A stretch of DNA of 50,210 nucleotides from a virus (Duplodnaviria; Caudoviricetes). The notes beneath the pieces were generated by a model. It made no database searches and had not been told where the DNA came from. It saw only the letters and a list, made by a program, of their open reading frames with translations. A program made the position numbers and the translations under genes. Shown one piece after another: positions 36,131 to 46,070 of this stretch; the stretch's first letter is position 1, and the number at the start of each line of letters is the position of its first letter. Location of the stretch: IMG/VR virus record IMGVR_UViG_3300045240_000072, positions 1 to 50,210 of that record; one strand, 5' to 3'.

Positions 36131-37079
36131 AATCGAGATCAGTGACCCGACAAGCGGCACGCTGTTGCGCAAGTGGTCCAGCCAAGATAATGCCGGCAAC
36201 ACGATGCTGGGCGCGCTCAATGTCGAAATCGACATGCCGATCTATGCTTTTGCAAATCCGGCGGGATATAGCTCTTTGCGCATTTGGGGGATCGATCTGA
36301 AGGAGATCGTCGGGGCATCCTATTACAATAAAAAACTGATTCGCGTAACGGTCGGCATGGCGAAGGGTCTGCCGCTCGCGAACAGCCAACCGCCGCCCGG
36401 CCTTGTCCTGGAGGGCATCGTCAATCAATGCTTCGGTAATTGGCAGGGTACCGACATGACGCTAGATTTCATCGTCGTGTACGGCATCGGCGGCACCGAA
36501 CCGTTGCCGAAAAATATCGTGTTGAATTGGAAAAAAGGCGTCACGCTCGGAGCGGCGGTTAAATCGACGCTTTCCGTAGCGGCTCCCACAGTCAAGTGTG
36601 TGGACAACACGAGCCAGTCGTTAATACTCGGGCAGGACGAACCGGGCTTTTACTACAACATGGCGCAATTCGCAACGTATGTGCGCGAGGTTTCGCGCCA
36701 TATCAACCCCGATCCGAAATATCCGGGCGTGCAAATATCCTATCGGGGCAGCACTTTTTACCTCTATGACGGGACGAGCCCGGCCACGCCCAAGGCGATC
36801 GCGTTCAATGACTTGATCGGACAACCCGCCTGGATTTCGTTCAACGTGGTGCAGTTCAAGACCGCGATGCGCGGCGATTTCAACGTGTCGGATTACATCA
36901 CGCTGCCCAAGGGAGCCGTGACCACGCAAGCGCAAAGCGCTTCCCAGTTTCGTGATTCGTCGGTGATCTCGGGTGTGTTCCAGATCCAAACAATTCGGCA
37001 TGTCGGTAATTTCCGGCAACCTGACGCGAACTCCTGGGTTACCATATTCGAAGCGTACATACCGAATGCCGGAACATGA
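36117..37079 (+). CDS. Baseplate hub protein
   Basis: GMAKGLPLAN, Q.FGNWQG, DLIGQP.W, RHVGNFR.PD..SWVT. Confidence 0.78.
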   Translation: MRFYKIEISDPTSGTLLRKWSSQDNAGNTMLGALNVEIDMPIYAFANPAGYSSLRIWGIDLKEIVGASYYNKKLIRVTVGMAKGLPLANSQPPPGLVLEGIVNQCFGNWQGTDMTLDFIVVYGIGGTEPLPKNIVLNWKKGVTLGAAVKSTLSVAAPTVKCVDNTSQSLILGQDEPGFYYNMAQFATYVREVSRHINPDPKYPGVQISYRGSTFYLYDGTSPATPKAIAFNDLIGQPAWISFNVVQFKTAMRGDFNVSDYITLPKGAVTTQAQSASQFRDSSVISGVFQIQTIRHVGNFRQPDANSWVTIFEAYIPNAGT

Positions 37080-37705
37080 GCCTTGCCCAAAAACTACCGC
37101 TGCAGCGGACGCTTCCGAAAGCGATTCACGAACAAGTGAACGACGCTTTCCAGCGCACGGGCCAGGCCTTACCCGCGTCAGTCGTGTCGGTGGTGGGCGC
37201 GATCATGACGATCAAGTTCGAGGTCAATAGCGCATTCACATTACCGAATGTGACCATCCCGTTATTCGGCCCGGAGTATATCCGCTATCCGATTCAACCC
37301 GGTTGTAAAGGGATGGTAGTGCCGTGCGATGCACGTCTGGCTGGCATGTCCGGGATCGGCGGGGGCGTCTCGGATCTGTCGCAGCCAGCGAATCTGACGG
37401 CGCTCGTGTTTTTGCCAATAGGAAATACCGGGTGGTTTCACACTGACCCGAACGCGGTTACAATATACGGGCCGGACGGCGTCGTTATTCGCAGCCAGGA
37501 CAACGTCACAAACGCCACCTACTTGCCGACCAACATCACCGTGGTGACGCCGAACGGCATTGTGACGACCGCGCAAGAATACGTCATCGGGAGCATGAAC
37601 GTGTCGCAAAATGTCACCGTGGGGAATGGGGCCAGTGGCACATTTACCACGCCGCAGGGGCAGACAGTGACGGTGCAAGATGGCATCGTGACGAATATTT
37701 TCTGA
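37076..37705 (+). CDS. Baseplate central spike (gpV/gp45-like)
   Basis: N-terminal OB-fold-like region, IRYPIQPG.KG, beta-rich C-terminus GASGTFT...VTV.DGIVTNI. Confidence 0.8.
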   Translation: MSLAQKLPLQRTLPKAIHEQVNDAFQRTGQALPASVVSVVGAIMTIKFEVNSAFTLPNVTIPLFGPEYIRYPIQPGCKGMVVPCDARLAGMSGIGGGVSDLSQPANLTALVFLPIGNTGWFHTDPNAVTIYGPDGVVIRSQDNVTNATYLPTNITVVTPNGIVTTAQEYVIGSMNVSQNVTVGNGASGTFTTPQGQTVTVQDGIVTNIF

Positions 37706-37713
37706 GGTGAAGC

Positions 37714-38265
37714 ATGTCAGTTCCGCAAGGGTCGACCGTTCTCAACACGCAGTATTTCACGGCGATGCAGACGCGCGCGCAGGCGTGTAGTTCGTGCGCC
37801 CAGTTGCAACAGCTTTACGCGGAAATGAGTACTTCGGTCGGCGCTACGCAATCGGCGATGACCAGCCAGCTCGCGGCGGTACAAACGCAAGTTACCAACG
37901 TGGCCAACCAGATCACGACGCTTTACAACCACATCGCCACGCTGGCGGCTTCGCAAACCTCGACTACGGCGGTCGGCGTGGTGGGCGCGACGGCGGCCGG
38001 CATCAGCGACTTGGGGTCGTGCATCGCGTACTGCAAGGCCCAAGGCCTGGCGCTCGTTTCGTTCGGCTCAACCAATACGGCGACGTTCATCGAGCAAGCT
38101 TTGGCGCTTGAGGCGGATTACACGACCATCACGCAAGCCTACAGCCTGATCACGAATCAACTCGCGAACTTGACTTCGCAAATCACCGGCATCGGCTCGC
38201 AGCTCACCGCCACGCAGGCGGCGTTCGCGACGGCCGCCACACGCTTCCCGAGCTGCACGCTATGA
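37714..38265 (+). CDS. Q/T/A-rich coiled-coil protein next to the spike
   Basis: GAGG RBS; heptad pattern; CSSC near the N-terminus; ATGA-coupled. Confidence 0.7.
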   Translation: MSVPQGSTVLNTQYFTAMQTRAQACSSCAQLQQLYAEMSTSVGATQSAMTSQLAAVQTQVTNVANQITTLYNHIATLAASQTSTTAVGVVGATAAGISDLGSCIAYCKAQGLALVSFGSTNTATFIEQALALEADYTTITQAYSLITNQLANLTSQITGIGSQLTATQAAFATAATRFPSCTL

Positions 38266-38609
38266 GGACCTATGGCCGTGTGACCAACGAGGACGGTACC
38301 AAGACGTGGACCGTGGTGACGACTGACGCGAACGGATATAACGACGCGGTGATGATCACAACGCTGGCGCAATGCCTGAAACTATCGATCGGGGAATCCC
38401 CGTTCTACGCGAATTTCGGGATCAACGCGCAGCAGTCGGTCACGACGCAAATCTTCCCCGACTACTACGTGCAGCAGACACAGCAGCAATTCTCCCCGTG
38501 TTTCGCCAGTCTGGTAATATCCAAAGTGCCGGGCATTACGTCGCCCGTCTATACCGTCAACCTCGTCACGCATCAAGGCGCGCGCGTGTCATTCCCGGTG
38601 CCGACATGA
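38262..38609 (+). CDS. Baseplate wedge subunit (gp25/gp46-like)
   Basis: MRTYGR, L.Q.LKL..GESPFYAN.GI. Confidence 0.78.
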   Translation: MRTYGRVTNEDGTKTWTVVTTDANGYNDAVMITTLAQCLKLSIGESPFYANFGINAQQSVTTQIFPDYYVQQTQQQFSPCFASLVISKVPGITSPVYTVNLVTHQGARVSFPVPT

Positions 38610-40030
38610 GCCTGAGTTATTCTTTTCCGATTATTATCGATCAGACCGGCCTGGTGCCGCAGGCGCCAGCGTCCATCCTGTCGCAATTGATCGCCAATGT
38701 TTCAGCGTCGAATCCGGGGTACACGGCAAACCTGCCCGCCTCGCTGATCGAGGACGTGTCGAGCACCGATGTCGCCGCTATCGTGCTGTGCGACCAGGCG
38801 AAAGTGGACCTTGTCAACAGCCTGACGCCCTACGGCGCGAATGTTCCGCTGCTGATCCAGATCGGCAACCTGGTCGGCGTGCCGATCAACCAGCCGACGA
38901 ACACCAGCGTGTATGTCGTGTTCTCCGGGCCGCCCGGTTTCGTCATTGCGCAGGGCTTTATCGTTTCTGACGCATCGCACCAATACATCGTGCAGGATGG
39001 CGGAATCATCGGCAGCAACGGCCAAACGGCCCCGCTATATGCGCTGGCCTCCGACCCCGGCACCTGGGCCGTGCCGAGCGGTACTGTCATCGATCTGATC
39101 ACCAGCATCCCGGTAATTTATACGGTGACGGTATCGAACCCGAGCGATGGCCTACCCGGCGTGGCTACCGGCGAGACCGAGGAAAGTTATCGCGCGCGCG
39201 TCATCATGGCCTACGCGGCGCCGTCGCAAGGGATGGCCACGCTGCTGCGCTCGTTGCTCGGCACCGTCGCCGGCGTTCAAACCCGGCTGATTTCAATTTT
39301 GCAGCAATCGGGCGGCGGCTGGTCGGTGATCTGCGGCGGGGGCGATCCGTACCAAGTGGCTTATGCGATTTACACGGCATTGTTCGATATCTCGACCCTG
39401 GTCGGTTCGCAGCTCGCCGTGTCAGGCATCACGCAGGCGAATCCCGGTGTAGTGACGACGAACCTCGCCCATGGCCTGACAACCGGCGCAGTGCTGGAGC
39501 TGACTGGCGTTGTCGGCATGACGGCGCTGAACGGCGTTTCATTCACGGCAACGGTGCTTACACCGACGACTTTCAGCATTGGGGTCAACACGACTGGATA
39601 CGGCGCATACGTGAGCGGCGGCATCCTGGTGCCGAACCCGCGCAATGTCATCGTATCGATCAACGATTTTCCCGATATATACCTCGTGACCTACGTGAAC
39701 CCGCCCCAACAGGTCGTCACGATGATGGTGACCTGGCATTCGACGTCGCCCAATTTCGTCAACCCGGCGACTGTGGCGGCCAATGTGCAGATTTCCGAAG
39801 CGGCCTATATCAACACCGTGGTGGTGGGCCAGCCAATCAGCTTGTTGAAGCTCAAGGACGCTTTCACGTCCGTACTGCCTTCCTCGATTCCGGAAGAATC
39901 GATCCAGACACTGACTTTTGCTGTCTATATCAACGGAGTGCTGACCGCGCCGACCGGCAACCTGATCTACGGTGACCCGGAAAGCTACTTTTTCACCACG
40001 CAGAACGGCATCACGGTTACGCCGGTCTGA
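38606..40030 (+). CDS. Baseplate J-like protein with inserted FCCH-like beta-domain
   Basis: PGYTANLP.SLIED, ETEESYRARV, GGGDPYQVA; insert ITQANPGVVTTNLAHGLTTG. Confidence 0.88.
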   Translation: MSLSYSFPIIIDQTGLVPQAPASILSQLIANVSASNPGYTANLPASLIEDVSSTDVAAIVLCDQAKVDLVNSLTPYGANVPLLIQIGNLVGVPINQPTNTSVYVVFSGPPGFVIAQGFIVSDASHQYIVQDGGIIGSNGQTAPLYALASDPGTWAVPSGTVIDLITSIPVIYTVTVSNPSDGLPGVATGETEESYRARVIMAYAAPSQGMATLLRSLLGTVAGVQTRLISILQQSGGGWSVICGGGDPYQVAYAIYTALFDISTLVGSQLAVSGITQANPGVVTTNLAHGLTTGAVLELTGVVGMTALNGVSFTATVLTPTTFSIGVNTTGYGAYVSGGILVPNPRNVIVSINDFPDIYLVTYVNPPQQVVTMMVTWHSTSPNFVNPATVAANVQISEAAYINTVVVGQPISLLKLKDAFTSVLPSSIPEESIQTLTFAVYINGVLTAPTGNLIYGDPESYFFTTQNGITVTPV

Positions 40031-40032
40031 TC

Positions 40033-40632
40033 ATGCTCGCGCAAACGATCCCCAGTTACGCGTATCAGCAGTACTATGATGACTCCGATATTCAGGCGTT
40101 CGTCACGAATTACAACGCGATGGCGCAGATTTACGATACCTGGTTCGCGACGGCCAGCCTGCCGATTTATACGTTGCAATCCGGCGATTTGCTCGACTGG
40201 ACGGTGCGCGGGTTGTACGGGATCGCCCGCCCGACGCTCGGAAGCACGCTCGCCACGGATGAAGTTTATAAGCGCGTGGTCACGTGGGCGTTCTATAAAG
40301 GCGACGGGAAGGTATTCAATATCCGATGGTTGAAACGCCGGGTAATGCGTTTCCTTGAAGGAACGAACGATATCAACCAGACGTACCAAGTCAGCGTGCG
40401 ATTCGGCGTGCACCCAATTGTCTATATCGACATTTTGGGCGGGATCGCCGAAATTACCGGCGGGGCGATTTTCAACACGTCGCCGTTCAACACTCGGCAG
40501 TATAATGAACTCGATTTGAACATCCAACATTACGCCGACACGACCCTGGCGGTCGAGCTTCAAGAGGCGATCAATGCTGGCGTTTGCGAACTTCCGTTTC
40601 AGTACACCTATATCGTGAGCGTGAACCCATGA
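40033..40632 (+). CDS. Baseplate wedge protein (DUF2612/gpI-like)
   Basis: YQQY.DD.DIQAFV, LLDW...GLYG..RP, DEVYKR..TW.FYKGDG. Confidence 0.78.
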   Translation: MLAQTIPSYAYQQYYDDSDIQAFVTNYNAMAQIYDTWFATASLPIYTLQSGDLLDWTVRGLYGIARPTLGSTLATDEVYKRVVTWAFYKGDGKVFNIRWLKRRVMRFLEGTNDINQTYQVSVRFGVHPIVYIDILGGIAEITGGAIFNTSPFNTRQYNELDLNIQHYADTTLAVELQEAINAGVCELPFQYTYIVSVNP

Positions 40633-42131
40633 GCAACCCGCTAATTCTCGGCGCAAATAACGCGGTTACGGCGCTGGCCGGCGCGATATCGAGCGGTGCG
40701 CTTTCGCTCACCGTCACGACCGGAACCGGGGCGCTGTTTCCGCAGCCGACTGGCGGGAACTATTTCGTCATTACGGCGGTAGATGCGGCAACCGGCTCGC
40801 TTCGGGAAATCATGCACGTTACCGCCGTGGTCGGCGATGTGTTCACCGTAGTGCGCGCGCAAGAAGGTACGACGGCGCATGCCTACGCGTTGAACGACCC
40901 AATCGCAAATCTTTGGACGATCGGCCAATTCAACGCCCTAGCGCAAACGAACCAACTGGGCAGCGCGGCATACCTGACCGCTTCCGATCAGATCGGCGGC
41001 GTGTCGGCAATCCAGCCCTTCGCTGGAGGGAACCCGAACGGTTTTGTGTCGGGCAATGCATCGGCCGGCAGCGTCCCGCCTTCGATGGTATGGGATACAC
41101 AAGATCAAATATTCTGGATTTGCGTCACGACGGGCAATTCGGCGTCTGCCGTGTGGATACCGCTCAATCAGTTGCAGGGTACCGTCTGGTGCGGCACATC
41201 GGGCGGGTCGGCCAATGCGCAGACCCTGACGCCGACGATCCCGATCACCGGCTACGGGCCGGGTCTGGCGATATCGTTTCAGGTCGGCGCAGGCCTGACG
41301 AATACCGGCGCAATGACGGTCAATGTGTCGGGCAAGGGCAACGTATCCGTGTACAAGGATACCCCAAGCGGCCCGGCACCATTGACCGGCGGCGAATGCG
41401 TGGCGGGAAATATCGTTGCGATGCGGTACGACGGCACGCATTTCCAGCTTACCGCTACCGACCTTGGTACCGCATCGCTCTACAATACTGGCGCAACGGT
41501 CGTGCCGATCGCGGGCAACCTCGAAATCGCTTCGCCCTTCGGCACCACGGTAACCGGCGTGTCGTATAGCTTCATCCAGGCGGACCGGGGGAAATCCCGC
41601 AAGCGTTCGAATGCTGGTAGCGCCATGACCGACACATTGCCCGTCGTGGCCACGTTGGTGGATGGCTGGTGGGTCAATGTCAATAATATCGACGCTACGG
41701 CGAACGATACGATTTCGCCGCCGGCTGGCGCGGCGTTGAATGGCGTTGTGGGCGCTTCGTTGGTTTTGTCGCCCGGCAGCGCGGCGCGTATCGGATTCGA
41801 CGGATCCGGGTTTTGGGTCACGACGCAGCCGGTATCGAAACTCGCTGCGGCGCAATTCGCCTATGTGAATATTCTCAATGCCGGCCAGGTTATCCCGCCG
41901 GGGGCCTATGAGGTCGATAGTAGCGGCGGGATATTTCCGTTGTTGCTTGAACTTTCGGCCGTCACGGGCGACAATTACATTTTCAGGGACTTTGCGCGCA
42001 CCTGGGGGCAATTCCCGGTGACCCTGAACGGGAACGGGAATACCATCGCAGGCAGCGCGACATCGAACCTTGATGTAACCGGCGCGACGGCGCAAATTAC
42101 CTTTTCACCCTCTAATTGGGCGTACCAATGA
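40629..42131 (+). CDS. Tail fibre protein
   Basis: NNA...LA..I, GTGALFP and VVRAQEGT.A fibre N-terminus; TNTGA.T.NV.G.G and YDGT.FQL. Confidence 0.85.
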   Translation: MSNPLILGANNAVTALAGAISSGALSLTVTTGTGALFPQPTGGNYFVITAVDAATGSLREIMHVTAVVGDVFTVVRAQEGTTAHAYALNDPIANLWTIGQFNALAQTNQLGSAAYLTASDQIGGVSAIQPFAGGNPNGFVSGNASAGSVPPSMVWDTQDQIFWICVTTGNSASAVWIPLNQLQGTVWCGTSGGSANAQTLTPTIPITGYGPGLAISFQVGAGLTNTGAMTVNVSGKGNVSVYKDTPSGPAPLTGGECVAGNIVAMRYDGTHFQLTATDLGTASLYNTGATVVPIAGNLEIASPFGTTVTGVSYSFIQADRGKSRKRSNAGSAMTDTLPVVATLVDGWWVNVNNIDATANDTISPPAGAALNGVVGASLVLSPGSAARIGFDGSGFWVTTQPVSKLAAAQFAYVNILNAGQVIPPGAYEVDSSGGIFPLLLELSAVTGDNYIFRDFARTWGQFPVTLNGNGNTIAGSATSNLDVTGATAQITFSPSNWAYQ

Positions 42132-43999
42132 GCAATCTAAGCGGCATCATCTCAAATGGCCAGACGCTGAACCTGCGCGCCGGAACCGGGGCGATCAATG
42201 CGGGCGACCTGATCCAGGTCGGCGGCCCGGCGGGTGAAGCCTGGTCGGTCGTTACGTCCGATCACGCGGCCTTGTCAATTCAGCAGGTCATCACGCCGGT
42301 AACGATCGAGGCGGGCGCGGTGAACAATTACGCCCGATGGGGTATTGAAACCGATACGCTCGGGAACGTTTTCACCGCTACGCCGAACGCTTCAAGCCAG
42401 GGCGTGGCGATCACAAAATACGCTCCTAGCGGCGCGTTGCTGGCCGGCCCGATTGTGGTCGACGCAACGGCGCATGCGATGATATCGATTCGCTTGATCG
42501 TCCTGAGCAACGGGGCATATGCAACGATATACGCCGACTCGACCACGGGCGGCGTGCGATTCGTGGTATTCGACTCGAATTTGAATATTATCGCTGGGCC
42601 GACCGCTGTAGCCACGGGGTACCTGTCCGGTGCCGTGGCGTATGCCGACGCTTGCCCTTTGCTGGGCGGCGGGTTCGCGGTGGTCTATCAGAATAGCCTA
42701 CACACCGCGATTGATCTGCAAACCTACACGAACGCTGGCGGCGCGGTTCTGGCAGCTACATCAATCCAGGCATTGACCGGTACCGCGCTGGCTTACCTGC
42801 GCATCAACCAGCTGCACAGCGGAAATCTGGTCGTTGGAATCCGCACGACTGCGACACCAGCCGGCACATCCTTCGTGATTGTCACAACGGCGGGCGTATC
42901 AGTACAAACGAACGTCATCGTGGATTCGACCGCGACGGCGGGATTCCTGAGTTTGAGCGTACTCACGGGCGGGGGTTTTGCCATTGGGTGCCAGGATGGC
43001 ACGAACGCCGTCGCAGCCGTGTACAACGATGCCGGCGCGGCGCAGGGTTCCGCCTACACGTCCGCCGATACACTCAACAGCACCACCTATATCCAATTCA
43101 AAGTTACGAACGACGGGACGAATTTTTATTTTGCCTATGTTCAATCAAGTGGCGGCCTGACGGTCGTCCAGCTCACCCCGGCGGGCGTTTCAACCGTTCT
43201 GGCGAGCAGCCTGATTAGCGCGACTTTCACGTCGACCAGCTCGATCGATGGGATGATCTGCAACAATACACTGGTCATGCTGCGCGCCAGCATTACGAAT
43301 GGCGGCCAGCAGTATGTCACGATCGGCTTGCCAGACGCATCAATCGGGGCGTTCTATGCCGAAGTGATCAGCGGTCCGACGGCCGTCGGCAGCGCGGCGG
43401 CCACGACTGGTTCATATTGGCCGACCCTTCGCGCTGTGGGTGACTTTACGGCCCTGACGGTCTATGACCAGCAAACCACGGCTGCGGTGCTGTTCGGAAT
43501 TATAAAATTCGCCTCGTCCACGATTCAGGGTGTGGCACAGAATGCCGTCGTGGCAGGAAACCCCGGCGCGAATGTAACCATCAATCCCGGTGCCGGGAGC
43601 TATCCACTACCGAACGGTATCGCCGGAAGTTCGGCGCTGTTGTTCGACCATTCTGGAACTGGCGGCAATAAAGGATCGATATTCTCTGGCGGCGTTTCAT
43701 TGTCAAATCCGGCTGCCGCGCCGGTCGTATCCGGTTCGCTCGCTTCACTGGCTGCTATCCTCACAACCGGTCCCTTGTCCTATACTTACGTCGCCTCGGC
43801 GGCGGTCGGCATCACGGTGGTTTGCGGGACATCGGGCGGCGGGGGCGGCGCCGTAGTCATTGGGGGCGCTCGGATCGGCCCCGGTTCTTCGCTTTATGAA
43901 CAACTGATCGTGCCGCTGAACTTGGCAGCTGGGCAGTCCGTTACGATTGCGACGGAAGTCGGCGCCAGCGCCATCATTTCGATCGGCGCACCTCGCTAG
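42128..43999 (+). CDS. Putative receptor-binding/tail tip protein (beta-repeat, propeller-like)
   Basis: Recurrent ~50-aa units with L..GGFA..Y; ATGA-coupled to the fibre gene. Confidence 0.7.
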   Translation: MSNLSGIISNGQTLNLRAGTGAINAGDLIQVGGPAGEAWSVVTSDHAALSIQQVITPVTIEAGAVNNYARWGIETDTLGNVFTATPNASSQGVAITKYAPSGALLAGPIVVDATAHAMISIRLIVLSNGAYATIYADSTTGGVRFVVFDSNLNIIAGPTAVATGYLSGAVAYADACPLLGGGFAVVYQNSLHTAIDLQTYTNAGGAVLAATSIQALTGTALAYLRINQLHSGNLVVGIRTTATPAGTSFVIVTTAGVSVQTNVIVDSTATAGFLSLSVLTGGGFAIGCQDGTNAVAAVYNDAGAAQGSAYTSADTLNSTTYIQFKVTNDGTNFYFAYVQSSGGLTVVQLTPAGVSTVLASSLISATFTSTSSIDGMICNNTLVMLRASITNGGQQYVTIGLPDASIGAFYAEVISGPTAVGSAAATTGSYWPTLRAVGDFTALTVYDQQTTAAVLFGIIKFASSTIQGVAQNAVVAGNPGANVTINPGAGSYPLPNGIAGSSALLFDHSGTGGNKGSIFSGGVSLSNPAAAPVVSGSLASLAAILTTGPLSYTYVASAAVGITVVCGTSGGGGGAVVIGGARIGPGSSLYEQLIVPLNLAAGQSVTIATEVGASAIISIGAPR

Positions 44000-44007
44000 G
44001 ATAAAAC

Positions 44008-44673
44008 ATGGCAACCAAACGCGCAGCAGTTACCGATGATCACGAAGCGAAAGAAACGCTGGCCCTCGACATTTATGTGCCGGGTCACGAGGCGCGCGGC
44101 TCCGCAACGCCATTATTTTTGCGCACACGCAAAGAATTGATTGCTCGGATGCGCGGCCGGTGCTGGGTTTCCGGCATGACCGCCGAAGAATCGGGCCATC
44201 CGCTTGAAGCGCATCACTACCCGATTGAACGCTGCTTCGCAACGGCAATCGATTGGCCACGCTTTGCCAAGGAATGCCAGGCGGGCGAATGGGGGCCGCA
44301 CGCGAAAGCCTTCGACTGGGTCGCGTTCTTTGTCGGCTGCAAAACGGTGGTACGCCCCGATACTGGACTGCCCTACGTTGAAGTGGCCGATCCGTACCTA
44401 TTCGTGGATGACATGACGGTCAACGGGCGGCTACTTGCAAAGCAGTTCCATATCGGTAAAAATGAAGGTGTGCACGGCACGACCGAGCCGTACTTGATCG
44501 CGCAGAAATACCTTGCCGAAGGGTACAAATTTTCCGATTTTGAAGTCATTCACCACGCCCAAGAGGACGACATGCCGACCCCAACACCCGCGCCAGTTCC
44601 CTCCCCAACACCTACGCCGGTCACGCCGAACGCAGTTCCGCCATCTGGCGGCGATGGACCGGAGCCGAAGTAA
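44008..44673 (+). CDS. Hypothetical protein (degenerate HNH-like His motifs) with Pro/Thr-rich tail
   Basis: RCWVSG, LEAHH, FHIG...GVH; tail MPTPTPAPVP...GGDGPEPK. Confidence 0.7.
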   Translation: MATKRAAVTDDHEAKETLALDIYVPGHEARGSATPLFLRTRKELIARMRGRCWVSGMTAEESGHPLEAHHYPIERCFATAIDWPRFAKECQAGEWGPHAKAFDWVAFFVGCKTVVRPDTGLPYVEVADPYLFVDDMTVNGRLLAKQFHIGKNEGVHGTTEPYLIAQKYLAEGYKFSDFEVIHHAQEDDMPTPTPAPVPSPTPTPVTPNAVPPSGGDGPEPK

Positions 44674-45083
44674 TGCAACGGCTAGGGGCGCTGTTGGCAT
44701 GGTTGGCCGTGGAATACCTGGCCTTCCACGTGAACGCGCTCGCCCCGCGCAACGCCTGGTACTATCCAATCGCGTCAATTTTTGATGTGATGAGCATTTC
44801 GATATTCCTGTCATTCCGGCCAACGCAGCTCGTTGTAGACCTCGCAAAACTGACAGCTTGTCAGTTGGCAACACAAGCGCTAGGATGGGGTCTCTACATG
44901 CTCCATTTTCACCCTACGGCCCTGGTCTATAATTGGAGCAATTGGGCGACTGAAGCCCTCATCCTGGCGCGGTTCGCGATAGTAGGGAAACATGACGGAG
45001 ATATTAGGGTCCCTGCTGATAGCCGCCTATTTTATTTGGGCGCTTTCTTGGGCCGTCGTCAAAATCCGGGGGATCACGCATGA
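44673..45083 (+). CDS. Multi-pass membrane protein
   Basis: About four hydrophobic segments; TAATG coupling. Confidence 0.7.
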   Translation: MQRLGALLAWLAVEYLAFHVNALAPRNAWYYPIASIFDVMSISIFLSFRPTQLVVDLAKLTACQLATQALGWGLYMLHFHPTALVYNWSNWATEALILARFAIVGKHDGDIRVPADSRLFYLGAFLGRRQNPGDHA

Positions 45084-45397
45084 ATTTCGTTCACGATGTG
45101 GCCACACATCCCGTCCTGACGACTGTCGCGGGAATGGCGACGGCGACAGTGGGAGCGCTGAATAATTTCGCGCCTGACCTTCCGCTGGTCCACGATATCC
45201 TTTCCGATGGGTGCATGCTGGTCGGCATTTTCACTGCAGTTGTAGGCCTAGCCGTCCAGCTGCGAATTTGGAAGATCAAGGGCATGGAACAGGTAAAGCT
45301 CCAGCAAGAGATCGACAAAGGCCGACGCGACGAAATGCGCGCCGAAAACGCAATTTACGTGCCGAATAAAACGCCGGCCGACATGGTGGCCAAATGA
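45080..45397 (+). CDS. Putative holin/antiholin
   Basis: Two hydrophobic segments and a charged C-terminal tail, directly upstream of the endolysin. Confidence 0.6.
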   Translation: MNFVHDVATHPVLTTVAGMATATVGALNNFAPDLPLVHDILSDGCMLVGIFTAVVGLAVQLRIWKIKGMEQVKLQQEIDKGRRDEMRAENAIYVPNKTPADMVAK

Positions 45398-45867
45398 CTC
45401 CCCAACAGATCGCCTTCATCGGAAAAGTCGCCCCCGGCGCACAAGTCGCGCAGAAGGAACATGGCGTGTTTGCCAGCGTGTCGATCGCCCAATCGATCTA
45501 TGAATCATCCTGGGGGCGTAGTGAACTGACCGTCGAGGCGAACAACCTGTTCGGCGTCAAGGTCAGCGCCGGTTGGCACGGTGATTTCATCAGCATGAAA
45601 ACCGGCGAGGATACGAAAGACGGCAAGTCTTATACGATTACCGCCGAATTCCGCAAGTATGCCAATTGGGCCGATTCGATCAATGACCACGCGCTGTTCC
45701 TGACGAACAACGGGAAGCCGGACCGTTACCGCGCTGCGCTGCAATGCAAAAACGGGATCGATCAGGCCCGCGCGATTGGGGCGGCGGGATATTCGACCAA
45801 TCCGAAATATGGTGACATGCTCGTGGCGGCGATCAACGATTACGATTTGACGAGGTACGACAAATGA
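45394..45867 (+). CDS. Endolysin, glucosaminidase/FlgJ-like (GH73)
   Basis: AQSIYESSWG, NNLFGVK, FRKY....SI.DH, GYSTNPKY. Confidence 0.92.
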   Translation: MTPQQIAFIGKVAPGAQVAQKEHGVFASVSIAQSIYESSWGRSELTVEANNLFGVKVSAGWHGDFISMKTGEDTKDGKSYTITAEFRKYANWADSINDHALFLTNNGKPDRYRAALQCKNGIDQARAIGAAGYSTNPKYGDMLVAAINDYDLTRYDK

Positions 45868-46070
45868 ATTCGACGTCATCCGTAATTACCGGCGCTGCAA
45901 TGTCGGCGGGCGTGGCAATCGCGCCGCTCGTGGACTGGATTCTCAACACGCTATTGCACTGGGCGGCACCGCAACAAGTCGTTTTGATCATTTCGGGCGG
46001 CCTAGTGACGGGCGGCCATTTCGTGGTGAACCGGGTCAACGCTCGGTCAAATCTAGGGGGTGTGCAATGA
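45864..46070 (+). CDS. Small 2-TM protein, putative holin
   Basis: 68 aa, hydrophobic, ATGA-coupled to the endolysin. Confidence 0.6.
   Translation: MNSTSSVITGAAMSAGVAIAPLVDWILNTLLHWAAPQQVVLIISGGLVTGGHFVVNRVNARSNLGGVQ

Noticed and set aside
40938-42095. Long antisense ORFs (this one, 11326..12213, 32858..33778) and same-strand alternative frames such as 24371..25324
   Set aside because: Typical stop-poor shadow frames of GC-rich genes, with no motifs or RBS
32883-43999. Diversity-generating retroelement or invertible fibre cassette
   Set aside because: No reverse transcriptase or invertase, and no template/variable repeat pair seen
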